From: Phoronis australis
Lineage: Eukaryota; Animalia; Phoronida
Assembly (NCBI GenBank): GCA_002633005.1
Contig: NMRA01000068.1
Coordinates: forward strand, 18,526-82,525
Length of the DNA stretch: 64,000 nt
Reading direction: 5' to 3'
Each line of letters opens with the position of its first letter. The first letter of the stretch is position 1. The translations under genes were made by a program, and so were the position numbers. Under the pieces are notes generated by a model. That model did no database searches. It was not told where the DNA came from and was given only the letters and a program-made list of their open reading frames with translations. Positions 51,101 to 63,843 of this stretch are shown here, piece by piece.

Positions 51101-54100
51101 CTTGAGAGAATTGTGCATCTGCATGCATATGACCGTTGAGAATGAATGCTGCGAGTCACCTCATGCCTCTGAGGACACGAACACAGCAAGTTGTGAAGAG
51201 ATAAATCCTCACAGAAATTCTTTAATTCAATTTATAAGTAAAATGACATTTCACTGTTTCAATCTCATGCTAACGACATGCTTTATCCACCGACTGTATT
51301 TCTGCTATCGATTTCTTACTTAGTTTCGTATCAGTCTCCAGGCAGGTGACGTGTTCAGACTGTGTATAACAATGAACTGTGACCTACTTCTAAGTAGGTC
51401 AAACAACAGGAACAGTTGATCCCACCTCGTGGTTGGAGACAGTATGTTTTAATGATAATTACGTTAATTACGCACTGCAAATTCACTTGACTTTGTGAGT
51501 GAATGTCAAAATAGCTAACATGGTTAAGGCATGTATAGGTTATATTTACCTTAAACAAGTTTTCAGTAAATACTTTACCGAAGACTGAGATTTTCACTCG
51601 TCCCAGATTAATCAGCTTTTTCTTGGCTTCAGCGACTCAACTTTATTTGAATATGAGTTCTCGCTTGGTGGCCTTTGCTGAAACTTTCCAAACTCAATAT
51701 TTATTAATCAGTCCCAAAAAGATGTTAAGATTTTCGATATAAAGGCCTAGTTTTTGTTTAAAGTAACAAAGATGAATACAACTTCTATTTTCTACAAACA
51801 TACCTTGTGTTTTACAAGTTCATTTGCCATAGAAACCGAACAAAAAAACTAATCAAAATTCCTAACAGCTTTTTTGAGGTAACTGTTCAATTTCTCACTT
51901 TAAAAGGGTTTCTTTAAAGTCAACTGAGGGGTTATTTTGCCATTGTAAAATGTACCTTTCTTAAAAATGAAATTTAAATTTAAAAAGAGGTTAACGGAAA
52001 AATTATAATGGTACATACTTTCTGCAAGTTTTTGTTTTCTATAATAGCATAGGTTGGAGAATGTTAAATGGTCGTCACTGGCGTGGGATATCATTGACAA
52101 AAATAGACACTGAAATCAATATCTGCACATGTATAAGTATATGTCACTTCCCTACCTGACTCAAAACAGTTCGATTGCCCTTCAGACTTGCAAGGTATAT
52201 GGTATCGGCAAAGGATTAATCTAGCTCAAAACCACCCCCTCAAGCAGGTCTCGGACTGACCAGATTGAGATTGCCGTCTTCCATAAAATACTCTCTTTGT
52301 TTTAGGAAAAGCAATGAAGTTTTGTAAAACCAAAGACGACTGTCTTTCATTGGGTGACCTGGAGTGCATAAAAACCAAGTGTGATTGGGGACTGTGCTCG
52401 TGTCCTCGAGGGACAGTATCTCGCTATCTTGGCTCCGAAAAGCTTTACAAGTGTGTCAGCCGTAAGTAGTACCCTTCCAAGACCGAGTTCTGTAGACGCA
52501 AGAATCTTGCAAGGGAAGCTTGTGTGATTATAGGCTTTGGTTGTAAATCAAGGCGATTCTTGGGAAGTCATGCAAGACATTGCGTTTTCATGAGGTTCTT
52601 GCATATAAAGCAATGCACGCTTGACCTCAAAAGACTGTAAGCGTTATTCACATGATTTCATAAATTTATATATATTATATTACATACAATATGCATACAT
52701 AAGTACATCATAAAGACAGTATCATGGTTCGCGTTTCACCACACGCAAACCTTAAGTCCTGTTTAGACATCGACTTTTGACCAGTGCAACTGACACGGAG
52801 CAACTTGATCAGTGTCAAGTGGCCGTTTACACACGCAAATTCATTAACTGTGGCAAGACAGAAGTTGTACGCTGGAGAGTGGAATGCACATGCGCAGGTT
52901 TTCAAATAGCGGGAGTTGCAGAGACAGACAGCCCGCATGTAGGTCATTGCACAAGCGCAGTAGAGATGATTTTTTTGCCCTGCCCCAGTTTCGTGTTTAA
53001 GACATATAATTGACACGGAACAAGATGTTTGAGCGCAAATTGCCTCACCTCACAAACGGGTGGCAAATTTGCTCCATGTCAGTTCCGTTTACACACTGGA
53101 ACATCTCGTTCCGTGTCAGCTAATCCGTGTCAACTGTTGTAGTGTAAACAGCACTTTAAATACAAACACCTTACTGTAATTACACTTTACTAATTAATCA
53201 ACATGCTTATGTTACTCAGGATAACAAAGACATGAGTGTAAACACAGACTGTTAATCTGTTTTTTAAAACTATTCTTTTTCAAAAGACTACAAGAAACAT
53301 ACTGTTGTTAAAAACTTTCTGTATACCCGGGTATGTGATCTTCATGAATGAATGTTCTAACAAGTAGAGCAAGTATGTATGAAAGGTAGCGTATTATTAC
53401 ACTTCGTACTGCTTTAATAAGTCTAACAAATATTAACTAGTTCGATTTTTTTGGAGATTTGGAATATTCTTACAACCCTAAATGGTATGAAAAGTGCGAG
53501 GCTGTCATATGTAGAATCCAGGTTACACTTCTGTCAGACAAAATACTGTGGACTAAAAACAAAGAAAACAGATCTGACAGTCATTCAAGTATTTTAGCTT
53601 GAATTTGATTTGATGGCTTGGCATTCACAGGAGTTACTTCAGTTTGTGTCGATATGAATGGATGAACAAAATGCTTGGTTCCCACGAGTTGGAATTCCCA
53701 TACATTTGAAACTAATGCAAGTTAGCTAAAAATAAGAATCTCAGCCTGCACTTGCAAATTTCAGGTCACAAATGTGACCTAAATCTTGTTATGTTGAGCC
53801 ATGTCCTTACCCTGTCCCAAAATTAATTCTCCACAGAACTATTTGTTAATTACATTGCCTCCACCTACTGTCAACTTTTTGTTCACTGTTTATTTGCTTC
53901 CTCCACCTTCATTTCACCTATTGCCTGATGATGAGACAATCATGTCGTCTCGAAATATAGCAACTATTTAAACTTGTTTGTACATTGTGTCTCTTGGCGT
54001 TTTGTAAAATCCTGCCTTCAACCAAGTTTGAACCAATGAAGGGCTGCTACCTTGCTATACTGATATACAGTATATGCACATGCATGCATGCATGTGTGCG

Positions 54101-57100
54101 CACACTCACGCATACAAATGTATCAATAATTTCCCTTCCAGAGAAAAAGGTTGGCGAGTCCTGTTCCACAGATGGCGATAGTGGCGTATGTGGTGCCATA
54201 AATTCACTTTGTCTCAAAGGCACGTGTGAGTGTATATCAGGCTACTTTAGCCGATTTGGTGGCGAGTATTGCTCACGGAATACAGTCTTTGCAAGTGAAA
54301 CTGTAACAGGAAGCGAGACATCATGTACAGGGGGTGCTTCAACGGGTCAGCTCCCTGCCTCTGTGACAGGTGGCCCAATAGAATGTGCCTGCCCACAAGG
54401 ACAACAGACATATTTACCCAACAGCTATCAAGGGCCACAGCTGTTCCAGGGCAAGAAATTTCCGCAGTGCTTGAAGAGTAAGTCAAAGCAATAGTTGATT
54501 TTGTAGTACGAACAATGTAGTTGTTGTACAAAAAGTAGCAGATACACATTCAGAAATCTGCATGTTAGCAGATATGATGACCAAGAGGTACAAGTTGCTT
54601 GAACTCTACATCCTTTTATAATAGACTAAGAGGTATTGTCAGCAATTGTTTTCATTTGGCTTTCAATAACATTTCATTTCACAGAGTGGTACATATTATA
54701 ACATTAACCTTTAACAAAACATAGGCAGAAGTAAAATATATGCCATATGATGGTTCTTTAGTTTGGGGTGCCTGAATCTTGTTTATAATCACACAGCAAA
54801 ATTCTTATTAAATAGTTTTAAGAAAAATGTTATCCAAACCAAGAATTACAAAATAATATTTTTGCTTTTCAGCACGTGTTGGCGACTTTTGTTTAGTTGA
54901 TCGGGACTGCCGATATATACAAAACAATGCTGTGTGCAGGGTCAATAAGTGTGCCTGTAAGGACACTAACCATGTAGCAGACATAACAGGACTTCAATGT
55001 GGCCCACGTAAGTGACTATAGTTGGCATGGCAACAATTTTTCTCGAAATTAAACTCATACCTGCCTCCCGTTCAGTAACGCTAGGATCTCGCTAAAATGC
55101 AAGACTTCGCGAGATTACGTGAGATATTGCCGTGCATTTTAAATGAGAACACGTGACTCTGACTACATTTCAGCTAGGTCCTAGCGTAGGTCCTAGCGTC
55201 TACTGAACGCACGCCTGTTTTCAACATTTTCCTTCCTACATTGGTATGATCTTAAGATAAGTGTCTATTTTTCAGTGTTTAAATGGTTTGTATTTTGCAC
55301 TTGGTAAACCCAGCATTAAGGTTATTTCAAACCTTATTTAAGTGGCCTTCATTCTAACTCGTACATCAAAAAGTCCAGGCTTTCTCAGCTATTAAAAGTA
55401 TACGATTTTTGTGTGAAAAAAGATCACAGATTATAAAAATATGTTTTATATTTCATGCCTTTATCATTATTACATTAACATCTTTTTTAGGTCAAAATTT
55501 CATATATAAGAAAAATACATTCATGGACAAAATAACGCCTTGATTGATTTTAATGAATCCTTTTTTAAATGAAAACTTTGCCAGTTACCTGAATAACTCT
55601 GTCAGGAATTTTTGATTAGTTTCTTAGTTTGGTTTCTATGTCAAATCAACTCGAAAACATAAGTTTTTTTTGCAAAAAATAGCAGTCGTATTTGTCTTTG
55701 TCATGTTACACTAAAACAAGGCGTTCATATCAAAAATCCCAACAGAGTTTTTGAGATTGATGAATAAATATTAAGTTTGGAAGTTTGGAAAGTTTCAACA
55801 AATCCACTGAGCCACTTTCGAGAACTCGTTTTCCTAAGTTAAAGTTAAGTTGATTTGCCGAAGCCGAGAAAAAGCTGATTAAGTTGGGACACGTGAAACC
55901 TCAAGGTCTTCGGTTGATAATTCGGTGAAACCTTGTTTTCGGTCAATATAGCCTATACATGTCACAACCATATTCATTACTTCAACATTCACTGGCAATG
56001 TCAACTGAATTTGCGGTGTGTAATTACCTTAAAATTATGACTAAATTTTGTTACCGTCTCCAGTCCCACAAGGCGGGATCAACTGCACACCAACTTAAAA
56101 GTAGGCCACAAAATTTCCACACCGTTGTGCAGTTCCAAGGTGGTTCTGCTAAATCTTTTTTCTCCCTACACCGTATATATTTTGCATTTGAAGTTCCCCG
56201 AGAATGAAGACAGGGTATTTTGCAAGACATGTGAAATATTGTAAAAAATAGCCAATTTTTATGAATAAGGTTGGAGATATCTTTAAAGCCATGAGTTCTC
56301 AGTATGAACAGTAAAGCCCGAGTTTTACTGGAGTTTGTAGTTCGAATTTAGGGTTCATGAAGTGTAAATTAGGACAACAGAGTTGCTTCCATACTCGAGC
56401 ACAGAAACATTAGATAATTATCTTCTGTTCATATTAAAATAAACAAAAACAGAAAATGTCAAACATATTTTCGAGTTAGATTGTGGGAAGTAATATTTTT
56501 AAGACTAAAGAACAAATTAACGCAGCAGAAGCAAATTTATCTTATAGGTGTTGCTTTCTTTACTCGAGATCATGGGTTCGAGTCCCACTGGGCCTCACTG
56601 CTTGATTCTTGAGTCAGGGTTGTAGCTCCTCAGTTCAGTTGTAGCTATAAATTAGTACAATGGGCTCACATGTGCGACCTGCGTATGTATCAGATCACCT
56701 GTAATTATTTTTATTATAAATTTACCTTAAGTTTGTGCAACATTGTGAAACTGAGAGTAGCACAAACTTGACATAACATTTTACCTTCTTCTGTTTCAGC
56801 GCTAAAATTCGGAGATAAATGCCCTGGCTCAACTGGGGGTATATGTTCTGGGTCACAGGGTCTAACATGTGGCACAGACGTGTGTGACCTCACTGTAAAC
56901 TCAACAACACCCATAACATGCGTGTGTCATCACACCCACACGCGCAGTGGAACCACATGCCAGTCACGTGAGTACCACCTATGGCGACACATCATGAGGA
57001 ATTACCGATAAGAATAGGAATCAATTATTTCTTATCCAAACAGAATTATACTACTTTGACCTTTACGTTTGGACAAAAATGACTGTGTTAATTACTATTT

Positions 57101-58847
57101 ACAATAAAAATAATAGATTCTGACTAAAATATATTGGATTGGCAATTGGTCCCGGTAATATCAAATCTACCGGACATGGTTTCTACTGAGATTATTTTAA
57201 CCTCAAAACATCACCAGCATGTATGTATGGCGTCAGTTTAAATATTTGGGTAACAAAAAGTTTCAAGATAAGAAGACAATTATATAGGAAACATTCTACA
57301 AAACTGCTCAGCGTTGTGACAAGACAATAAGTCTTCTCTAACTTCTAATTGTGGTGAGCCACATGATGAGTTGACGGGAAAAGCGCAATTTCTTTTATTC
57401 ACAGCAGATGCCAAAATTAGACACAGGATTGATAAAAATGGCCATCAGGGAGTGAATCCATCAGTAAAATGGAAATGTGTCACTGTCTTATTTAATAAAA
57501 ACTATTCCCCAAAGTTCATGGAAATACCTCAAGGGACGTGGTAGATATATAGGCATAGAAAAGTCATACTGTCTCTAGGGGGAACCACAGTAATCTGTTC
57601 CACTTCAAAATCAATGTAGGCTGTGCTCATCTCAACAGAAACACATGAGAAATTTCATAATGATTATTCGAGCAGTTTGTCAGATAGACAAGAGGACGCC
57701 AAACACATAAATAACAACACGATGCGTAAAAATGCGCCCAAGACTACACCACGAATGTAATGATTACTATGTTGTTTATTAATGAAAATTGCTACAAGAT
57801 GACGTAAGACAATGCACTCATCAGCAAATAAGAAGGCCTCATCGTTTCCACAACAATTTGTCCATGAATTCTGTTTATATAGAGGCCAACATTAACAAGA
57901 ACAATGCAAAGCACTGAAATTCACCCTTGACCCCAACACAAACAAAACTTTATGATTCTAGGGTTGTTTATTAGTGTCATAAAAATGGTCATTTAGTAGG
58001 TCATAATACAGCGAACTCATCTTGATACAGGTAAGAGTTGTCATCTCTCTAATAGAAAGCTATTTGCCAAATTTCATACAAATCTGTCCAGGAACTCCAC
58101 AGATTAAAAAGAGTCTCCATTCGTCATCAGCTCCATAGGAACACAACTGCTAACTGTCACAACTATCTCCAAGGGGCTTTAGGATAGAGCCACATTATTA
58201 TGTATGTAAAATCTTGCATTTGCAAAATCTGCCAACAATTTGTTTCCAGGAAACTTAGGTGATTCCTGCTATGGTGATGAAAATTGCAAAGGAATCAACA
58301 GGAACGCCATCTGTGTGGAAGGGAAGTGCCAGAACGGTGAGTTACATATAATACAATGAAACGTCCTTAAAGTTGACCAAAAAAATCGAGGGCAAAAGGT
58401 TGATATCGGTTACAGTTGAAGGAATGAAAGGCACATTTTGAAAAGGGAACATATAATAGTCCTGCAATGTAAAACTACGGCTTTGGATGAGCACCCTACC
58501 TAAAATGCCTTCTGGTGACCATGTGAACTGAAATAATTTATAAAAGACTGGTCAAATTGCTCCGCTCGTGTGAGGTAAATGAGATGAATTTTCTTAAAAA
58601 TACGGGATGTGGTGACACAGTGAATGCACATAATTTTCTCTAAATAATCCAGTCAGTTAAAGCACAACATTAGTAACTTGATCATCATTACCATTCATAT
58701 CATTGCAATATCTTTTATATTTCAATGATAGCCAATCACAACACGACTTCCACAACTCAAGTGAATAAAAATCTATTTTCAGGTGCTACCACCACCCTTC
58801 TAAGTGTGGCACTGTTGCTGGTGTGTGCAGTGAGTCAACTACTATAG
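45072..58847 (+). CDS. Cys-rich EB/EGF-like putative GPI-anchored protein, paralogue 3 (start exon not located; exons 45072-45114, 52306-52461, 54142-54477, 54873-55007, 56800-56967, 58250-58336, 58783-58847)
   Basis: Spliced frame is open: [21 protein letters not shown]...[24 protein letters not shown]; all junctions canonical. Confidence 0.86.
45417..47233. mobile_element. non-autonomous TA-target MITE, copy 3 (longest)
   Basis: TACCGTAATCGTTCGGGTTAACGCCC...GGGCGTTAACCCGAACGTTTACGGTA. Confidence 0.88.
48852..50334 (-). mobile_element. AT-TSD DNA transposon with THAP remnant (ISL2EU/PIF-Harbinger-group-like, non-autonomous)
   Basis: Perfect 15-bp terminal inverted repeat AGCGGATTTGCAGCG; AT duplicated on both sides; removing the element restores the LINE reading frame. 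Confidence 0.8.
50030..50225 (-). pseudogene. THAP zinc-finger domain fragment ([37 protein letters not shown])
   Basis: CxVPGC...F..FP......R..W...I.R is the THAP signature; truncated before the C-x-x-H. Confidence 0.8.
51400..51900. repeat. dispersed repeat, inverted relative to 55540-56110
   Basis: TCCCA.ATTAATCAGCTTTTTCT.GGCTTC and AAACTTTCCAAAC..AATATTTATT match the reverse complement of 55760-55895. Confidence 0.65.
52306..52461 (+). CDS. paralogue 3 exon A ([12 protein letters not shown]...[13 protein letters not shown])
   Basis: tttag acceptor, gtaagt donor, 156 nt, 7 Cys. Confidence 0.9.
52720..53158. mobile_element. MITE-like repeat related to 26085-26733
   Basis: Shared AACTGACA(C/T)GGAGCAA and terminal GTAGTGTAAACAGCACT. 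Confidence 0.5.
54142..54477 (+). CDS. paralogue 3 exon B ([11 protein letters not shown]...RFGGEYC...[11 protein letters not shown])
   Basis: ttccag acceptor, gtaagt donor, 336 nt, 10 Cys. Confidence 0.9.
54873..55007 (+). CDS. paralogue 3 exon C ([12 protein letters not shown]...NKCACKD...QCGP)
   Basis: tttcag acceptor, gtaagt donor, 135 nt, 6 Cys. Confidence 0.9.
56800..56967 (+). CDS. paralogue 3 exon D ([15 protein letters not shown]...GTTCQS)
   Basis: tttcag acceptor, gtgagt donor, 168 nt, 7 Cys. Confidence 0.9.
58250..58336 (+). CDS. paralogue 3 exon E ([28 protein letters not shown])
   Basis: ttccag acceptor, gtgagt donor, 87 nt, 4 Cys. Confidence 0.9.
58783..58847 (+). CDS. paralogue 3 terminal exon, GPI-signal-like ([21 protein letters not shown])
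   Basis: tttcag acceptor; 65 nt to TAG. Confidence 0.8.
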
Positions 58848-59143
58848 ATGACAGGAAGATAACTACTACTGTACCTGCTTCATATACCAATTTCCACTCT
58901 GCAAACGTAATATCTCCTGCCGTCGATAAATAAATATCAGTAGTTTGGAAACGAACAGAGAATATCACATTACACCCACGATGTTACAGGATAAATCAGT
59001 GTATAAAATATTTATTAGTAATTTTCTGTTCAGCTTCTGTCCACGATACACAGGCTGGTTTAAGATTTATATATAATTATATATACTCAAGAGTTCAAAG
59101 GGGAGATGCCCACTACTAAATCAGATAGATTTCTGTCTTTGAC

Positions 59144-59235
59144 CGGTGGTCTTGATGGCTCTGTGGACTAGAGCATCTGCATGCTTATCAGAAGATCCTG
59201 GATTCGAGCTCCCGGTTGGGCAAGAAATAATTTCC
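59144..59235 (+). mobile_element. tRNA-derived SINE head
   Basis: TGGCTCTGTGG A-box-like and GGATTCGAGCTCC B-box-like motifs; resembles the reverse complement of 44570-44625. Confidence 0.5.
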
Positions 59236-60263
59236 AGAGGTTGTGCGCTGAGCAGACTTAGTAATGTTTGCAATTCTGTTTGGCTGTTAATAATGATGCT
59301 TTTTTCATATATGCTTTTAGTATTTTGTACTTAGTTGAGGCTCAAAAAGAAATGTGCTACAAAGTTTCAGAATTGTGAATATATTCACTATTCCTTAAAG
59401 TGATCCATGAGCTTCCATTGTTATAAGTAAATGAGCAGGAGAAATCTGCATTTGTTTGCATCTTGGCATCACGTGTACATGTTAGTAATTCCAATTACAC
59501 ATATTTCAATGGGTTTTCACTTAATGCTTCAGAATGCTTTGAAATTCAGCTTGTTATCCTAAGAATAAATACTTTTTAATACATCTTTGTTTGATTGCAC
59601 AATTACAGTCTCTTGAGCATTAAGATAGTAGCCACTAGATGTCATTTGAGTCATCATAACTTTTTACCAATGACAAGGACACGATGGACACTTTGTAGCT
59701 TGTGAGGATTTAAGAAGATATAAAGCACGATAAATGTGTTATGTTTATGATATAAAACATGAAAACATGGCGCAATATCTAGTAAAGAAAACTGAATGAA
59801 GCATTTCAAACGACCAAATTACACAGCACTTCAAGCAAGCTTATGAACAGTGAAATGATTCAAATAGCACTTGATGAAGTGCCTCACAAACTAGGAGGGC
59901 TCTGTCAGATCAATAAAATGCACATAAACCTCTATAAATACACCACACTGGTATCAGAAATGCTAAGACGACTATTATAAGCTGAAGTTCCACCAACTTG
60001 CTCTAAAGAGAAGTAATGCAATGTGAAGTTCAACATGTGTTGAGTCTTCAAGCTGGAAACAAGCTACAAAGCCTGAAGGACACATCTGCTGCATTTGTCA
60101 GAGCCAACATTTGCCAAACTAATTAAAATCCACAAAATATGAATTACTGGAAATGAGCCAAAATTCATCTTATTGTGGGCATTGATGTAAAACACCTCAT
60201 GCAACTCAATGGTGACTCCCCTTGAAGCTCACAGAGGTAGAGTACAGTCAACCCAATACTCAC

Positions 60264-60382
60264 TGTAACTGTGCCTTTGTCCCAAAGAGGGCGTGACTGG
60301 CAACTTGGGGATCAGGACTAACACTGCACTTGTCCAGTAGAGGTATTAACAGGCCGGGAAACATCAAAAGTGAGTTCTGCAG
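60264..60382 (-). CDS. TCF25: TCF25 exon ([34 protein letters not shown]...)
   Basis: 119 nt, ending in a phase-2 gtgagt donor. Confidence 0.9.
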
Positions 60383-63300
60383 CTGCAAGCACAGTCACAT
60401 TAAACAAATTAAAGGGACATTTGGGGTTTTACAGCTGAAATTTTTTTTAAGGAATGCTGTTGAATGGAATAGACTTCTTGAGCTTTGAAGAGAGCTAAAA
60501 AACAACAAAATTTGTCGTATTTTTGTGATTTTATTATGTATCGCCAATTTTTGTCACAGTCTGCCAGACATTTGCTGAAACTGAGGCCGGTGATTTTGCC
60601 ACTTAATATACTTACTTATAGAATTGGGTTTAGCTCCGCCAGCAGATAACCTTCTGCGAAACTTAAACAGAAGGACAGCTTCAGGCCCTCAATAAAAACC
60701 CTCAGAGTCTAAACGCTAATACCTATCCCTTCGTACCAAACACGTGCAAGAAACAAGTACCATTGGCATTTTATGGTTGGAGTTGTGAATGAATTCTGGC
60801 AGTTACAAGAAACATCTCACCAATTCAGGACACAACATGGCTGACAAGTGGAGGTACTATGTAAACGCTAAATCAATGCTATTCAAGTCCTTCACCACGG
60901 CTACCACAAGGCAATATCTTGAAAATTTATGAGCATTCGCAACAGTGTTAGAAATCTTAGAAAAAAGGCAAATTTGAGAGTCATTTTTGTGCAAAATTGG
61001 TGAGATTTTACACTGTTGTGTGAGGAGTTGTGGTTTTTGAATATTGACATGCTCCACTTGTAAATACAAACACATTGTCTAGTCACATTCATACTATCAA
61101 GTTTACTTAATAATTCAACAAAATAGACACTCACTTTAACAGGAGGCACTATGACATAGTGTACTAAGTTAGTACACAACTTAAGGCTTACCATTACGTC
61201 TGCTCTCTCTGTTGATTGGTCACTTGCTGTTGACAGTTGGTACATCGCTAACGGAACAGAGAAAGCAAAGTTGGGTAGTTGCGACAAACTTCTGTGTGCC
61301 TGCAAAATTAAAAGTTGCCGTTTTAAGAGGTAAGCTCCATGCACACAAGGCTGTAAGACTTACATGATGCATCAGTACTAACAAACAGGTCCATTGAGTT
61401 GTTGCCAATTATGTATTTTTGCATTCTACGCGTACTTAATACACATTTTGTGAAGGTTATAAAGGTCTGTAATAAGCTTTAGGACCAATACAGTGCCACG
61501 CACACAACGATACAATACCAACCGACCACAAAAGAATGTGTCTATGGACTACATATTACCTCCCATTCTTGGAACAGCCTAACAAGGAATGCGTACTCCG
61601 AGGATCGCAGAGCATAGAAGTCAATCATAAGGAGAGCACACAAAGGGTCGTCATCTGGATCTAAACTGTAATGCATAAGACATAAAAAATATTCAATGTG
61701 AGTCATCCGTATTCTACATCCAAAGCGTAGTGCTTGACATTGACAACAGATAGCCCTGCTGTGTGTGGTGACGCACATCTATTAGTCGAAACTGTAACCA
61801 ATGTCTCATAACACTGGCCATCCCATCAACAAATCACGGTTTCTGCTAGATTATCAAAATCTTGCACTTGGAAATATTTCTATAACTAATCAGTAGCGTA
61901 TTTAAGGAGAGGCTGGGACACGCAGGGTACAATGCCCCAGTAACTTAATCTTCCAGCTTTAGTAAATACGTGACAACACATGACATGAAACATAAAATGT
62001 TATCACTAGAGTTGTGAATGTGTTTTCACTGTCTATACATGGATCCCGGATACTGGGATAGGGGTTCACTAGATGGACAAAGTACCGACAACATACAACC
62101 AAATACATATAAAATATATGGGCGACTGAAAATTAGACTCTTGGTCATCAATATCAAGTGTCTCTGTGATCAGAACTAAGACGTCTATTTCTTTAATTGT
62201 CTTATGTAACATTAAACATAGTTCAAAAGGAAACAAGAGAATTTCTTATAAAACCAGGTCATATCATTCAAGAGACCTTCTTCATTGCATGTTAACTTCA
62301 TGTATAGGTCACTTATCCTGCACCCCAACTTAAAATTCTTGGATCCGCCCCTGACAGAATCGATCACACGGAATAAAAGCAAAAGAAAGCTTGTCAATTC
62401 TGAAACACTTGCAGTTTAATTCTTAGCTTTCCATAACAAATCATAGGAATTTTAGGGGCTTACATTTCACTTTCTCTCAAAATTCCGCACCATTTGAAGT
62501 TCCAGTCATTTTACTACTACAACACTCAAAAGGCTGAGGGTCTATTCGTGAGACCTTGAATTACACTGGCCCGTTGTCACGTGATCTTGCCGCACTTGTC
62601 AGAAACTGCCTTTATTGAACATGTCTCAGCCCCCTTAAGGACTATGTGAGCACTGTTTGTAACAGATGTCCAAGCTGAGAGGAGCTTTTGATTCAGTTCT
62701 TGTCTTCATGTCAAGAGAGATTCAGCTAGTTATACGCTGAGAACAAGTTGTTCACTGAAGGGATGAATGACAGAATAGAGAGGGAGGAAGTTGGATTGCT
62801 TTGCCACAAAAAACACTTGACATTTACCTCAACAGGAGTTTGCAAAATTCCAGGGCAGTTCTGTAGCACCCTCTCTGACCGATGAACGACAGGTGTTTGA
62901 ACAGGGCTAAATAAAACGACCTGTAGTAAAGCAATAGTGTAAGCATCAATTGTGAATAAGGTAACACACACGTCATTAGAATGTGCAGAAAATCTATATA
63001 TTTCACACGTCCAGTTTATCAAAAAAATCTTTTAAAATCAATTGAAAACTGAATGGATGTTTTTAGTTTGTATCAACTAATACAAGTGGCATTACCATTA
63101 CCTAACAGTACTTAAGACTGATGACAATACATGTTTAATGCACACAAACACACCTATTTTCAGCATATCTGTAGTCTAGTCTGCAGTTTCCCTGAGTGAG
63201 ACTGAACAGTGTGTGAAAATTGCTCTCGAATGTGTACAGCGCCCTCTCTGAAAGATATCAGCTTCAAGGTAAATATACAGTAATGGAGGCAGCCACGGAC

Positions 63301-63843
63301 NAGGCTCGTGCAAAAATATCAAGTGGCCTTCTCAGTAGGAAAAATTTTCACAATCTGTCTGAAACTCATCGTCATCTGTTGTCAGGTTCATAAGAGCCCA
63401 TCTGTCAAATCTCGGAAGCCCTGACATCCAGACGCAGATGTTTCATTATGTTATCCTATAAGAAGGAAATTTGACCAAAAAATGTATTTAATTCCTCTTG
63501 TTAAAAACTCATCGTGGAAATAATTTTCATTCAAAACAGAACAATAATCAAGCAAATCAAAGATAATTCGACACCATTACAGAATGCACAGCATGACGGA
63601 AATTCGAATGATTTTTGTATAACTCCTCTACAGCCACAGTAATTCACAAAGACGGATTCCATGAACAGGACACAAATGCCACAACTTCCATAAAAGCGTG
63701 CCAACCCAAGACTCATCAGTTAAGATACATGTAACAGCCTTACCTATCAACTCTGTAGCCATTTGTATGTCTTCACTCATCCTGCACACTTCACTCAATT
63801 GTATGAGCGAGTCAATGTGGTAAGGGCACGTATTCAGCACAGC
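60264..63843 (-). CDS. TCF25: transcription factor 25 / Nulp1 (RQC complex subunit), internal exons 63843-63744, 63247-63154, 62920-62828, 61665-61560, 61299-61192, 60382-60264
   Basis: Spliced peptide [149 protein letters not shown]...[21 protein letters not shown] matches the TCF25 core as I recall it; phases are consistent at all junctions. Confidence 0.95.
61192..61299 (-). CDS. TCF25: TCF25 exon ([18 protein letters not shown]...ADVM)
   Basis: 108 nt, AG/GT bounded. Confidence 0.92.
61560..61665 (-). CDS. TCF25: TCF25 exon ([20 protein letters not shown]...FQEWE)
   Basis: 106 nt, AG/GT bounded. Confidence 0.93.
62828..62920 (-). CDS. TCF25: TCF25 exon ([10 protein letters not shown]...[11 protein letters not shown])
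   Basis: 93 nt, AG/GT bounded. Confidence 0.93.
63154..63247 (-). CDS. TCF25: TCF25 exon ([32 protein letters not shown])
   Basis: 94 nt, AG/GT bounded. Confidence 0.92.
63744..63843 (-). CDS. TCF25: TCF25 exon ([13 protein letters not shown]...ATELI)
   Basis: 100 nt, AG/GT bounded. Confidence 0.9.

Noticed and set aside
59144-59235. Functional tRNA genes here and at ~32830, ~44590 and ~56575
   Set aside because: Only A/B-box-like motifs are present; I could not build a full cloverleaf, so they are treated as SINE-derived.
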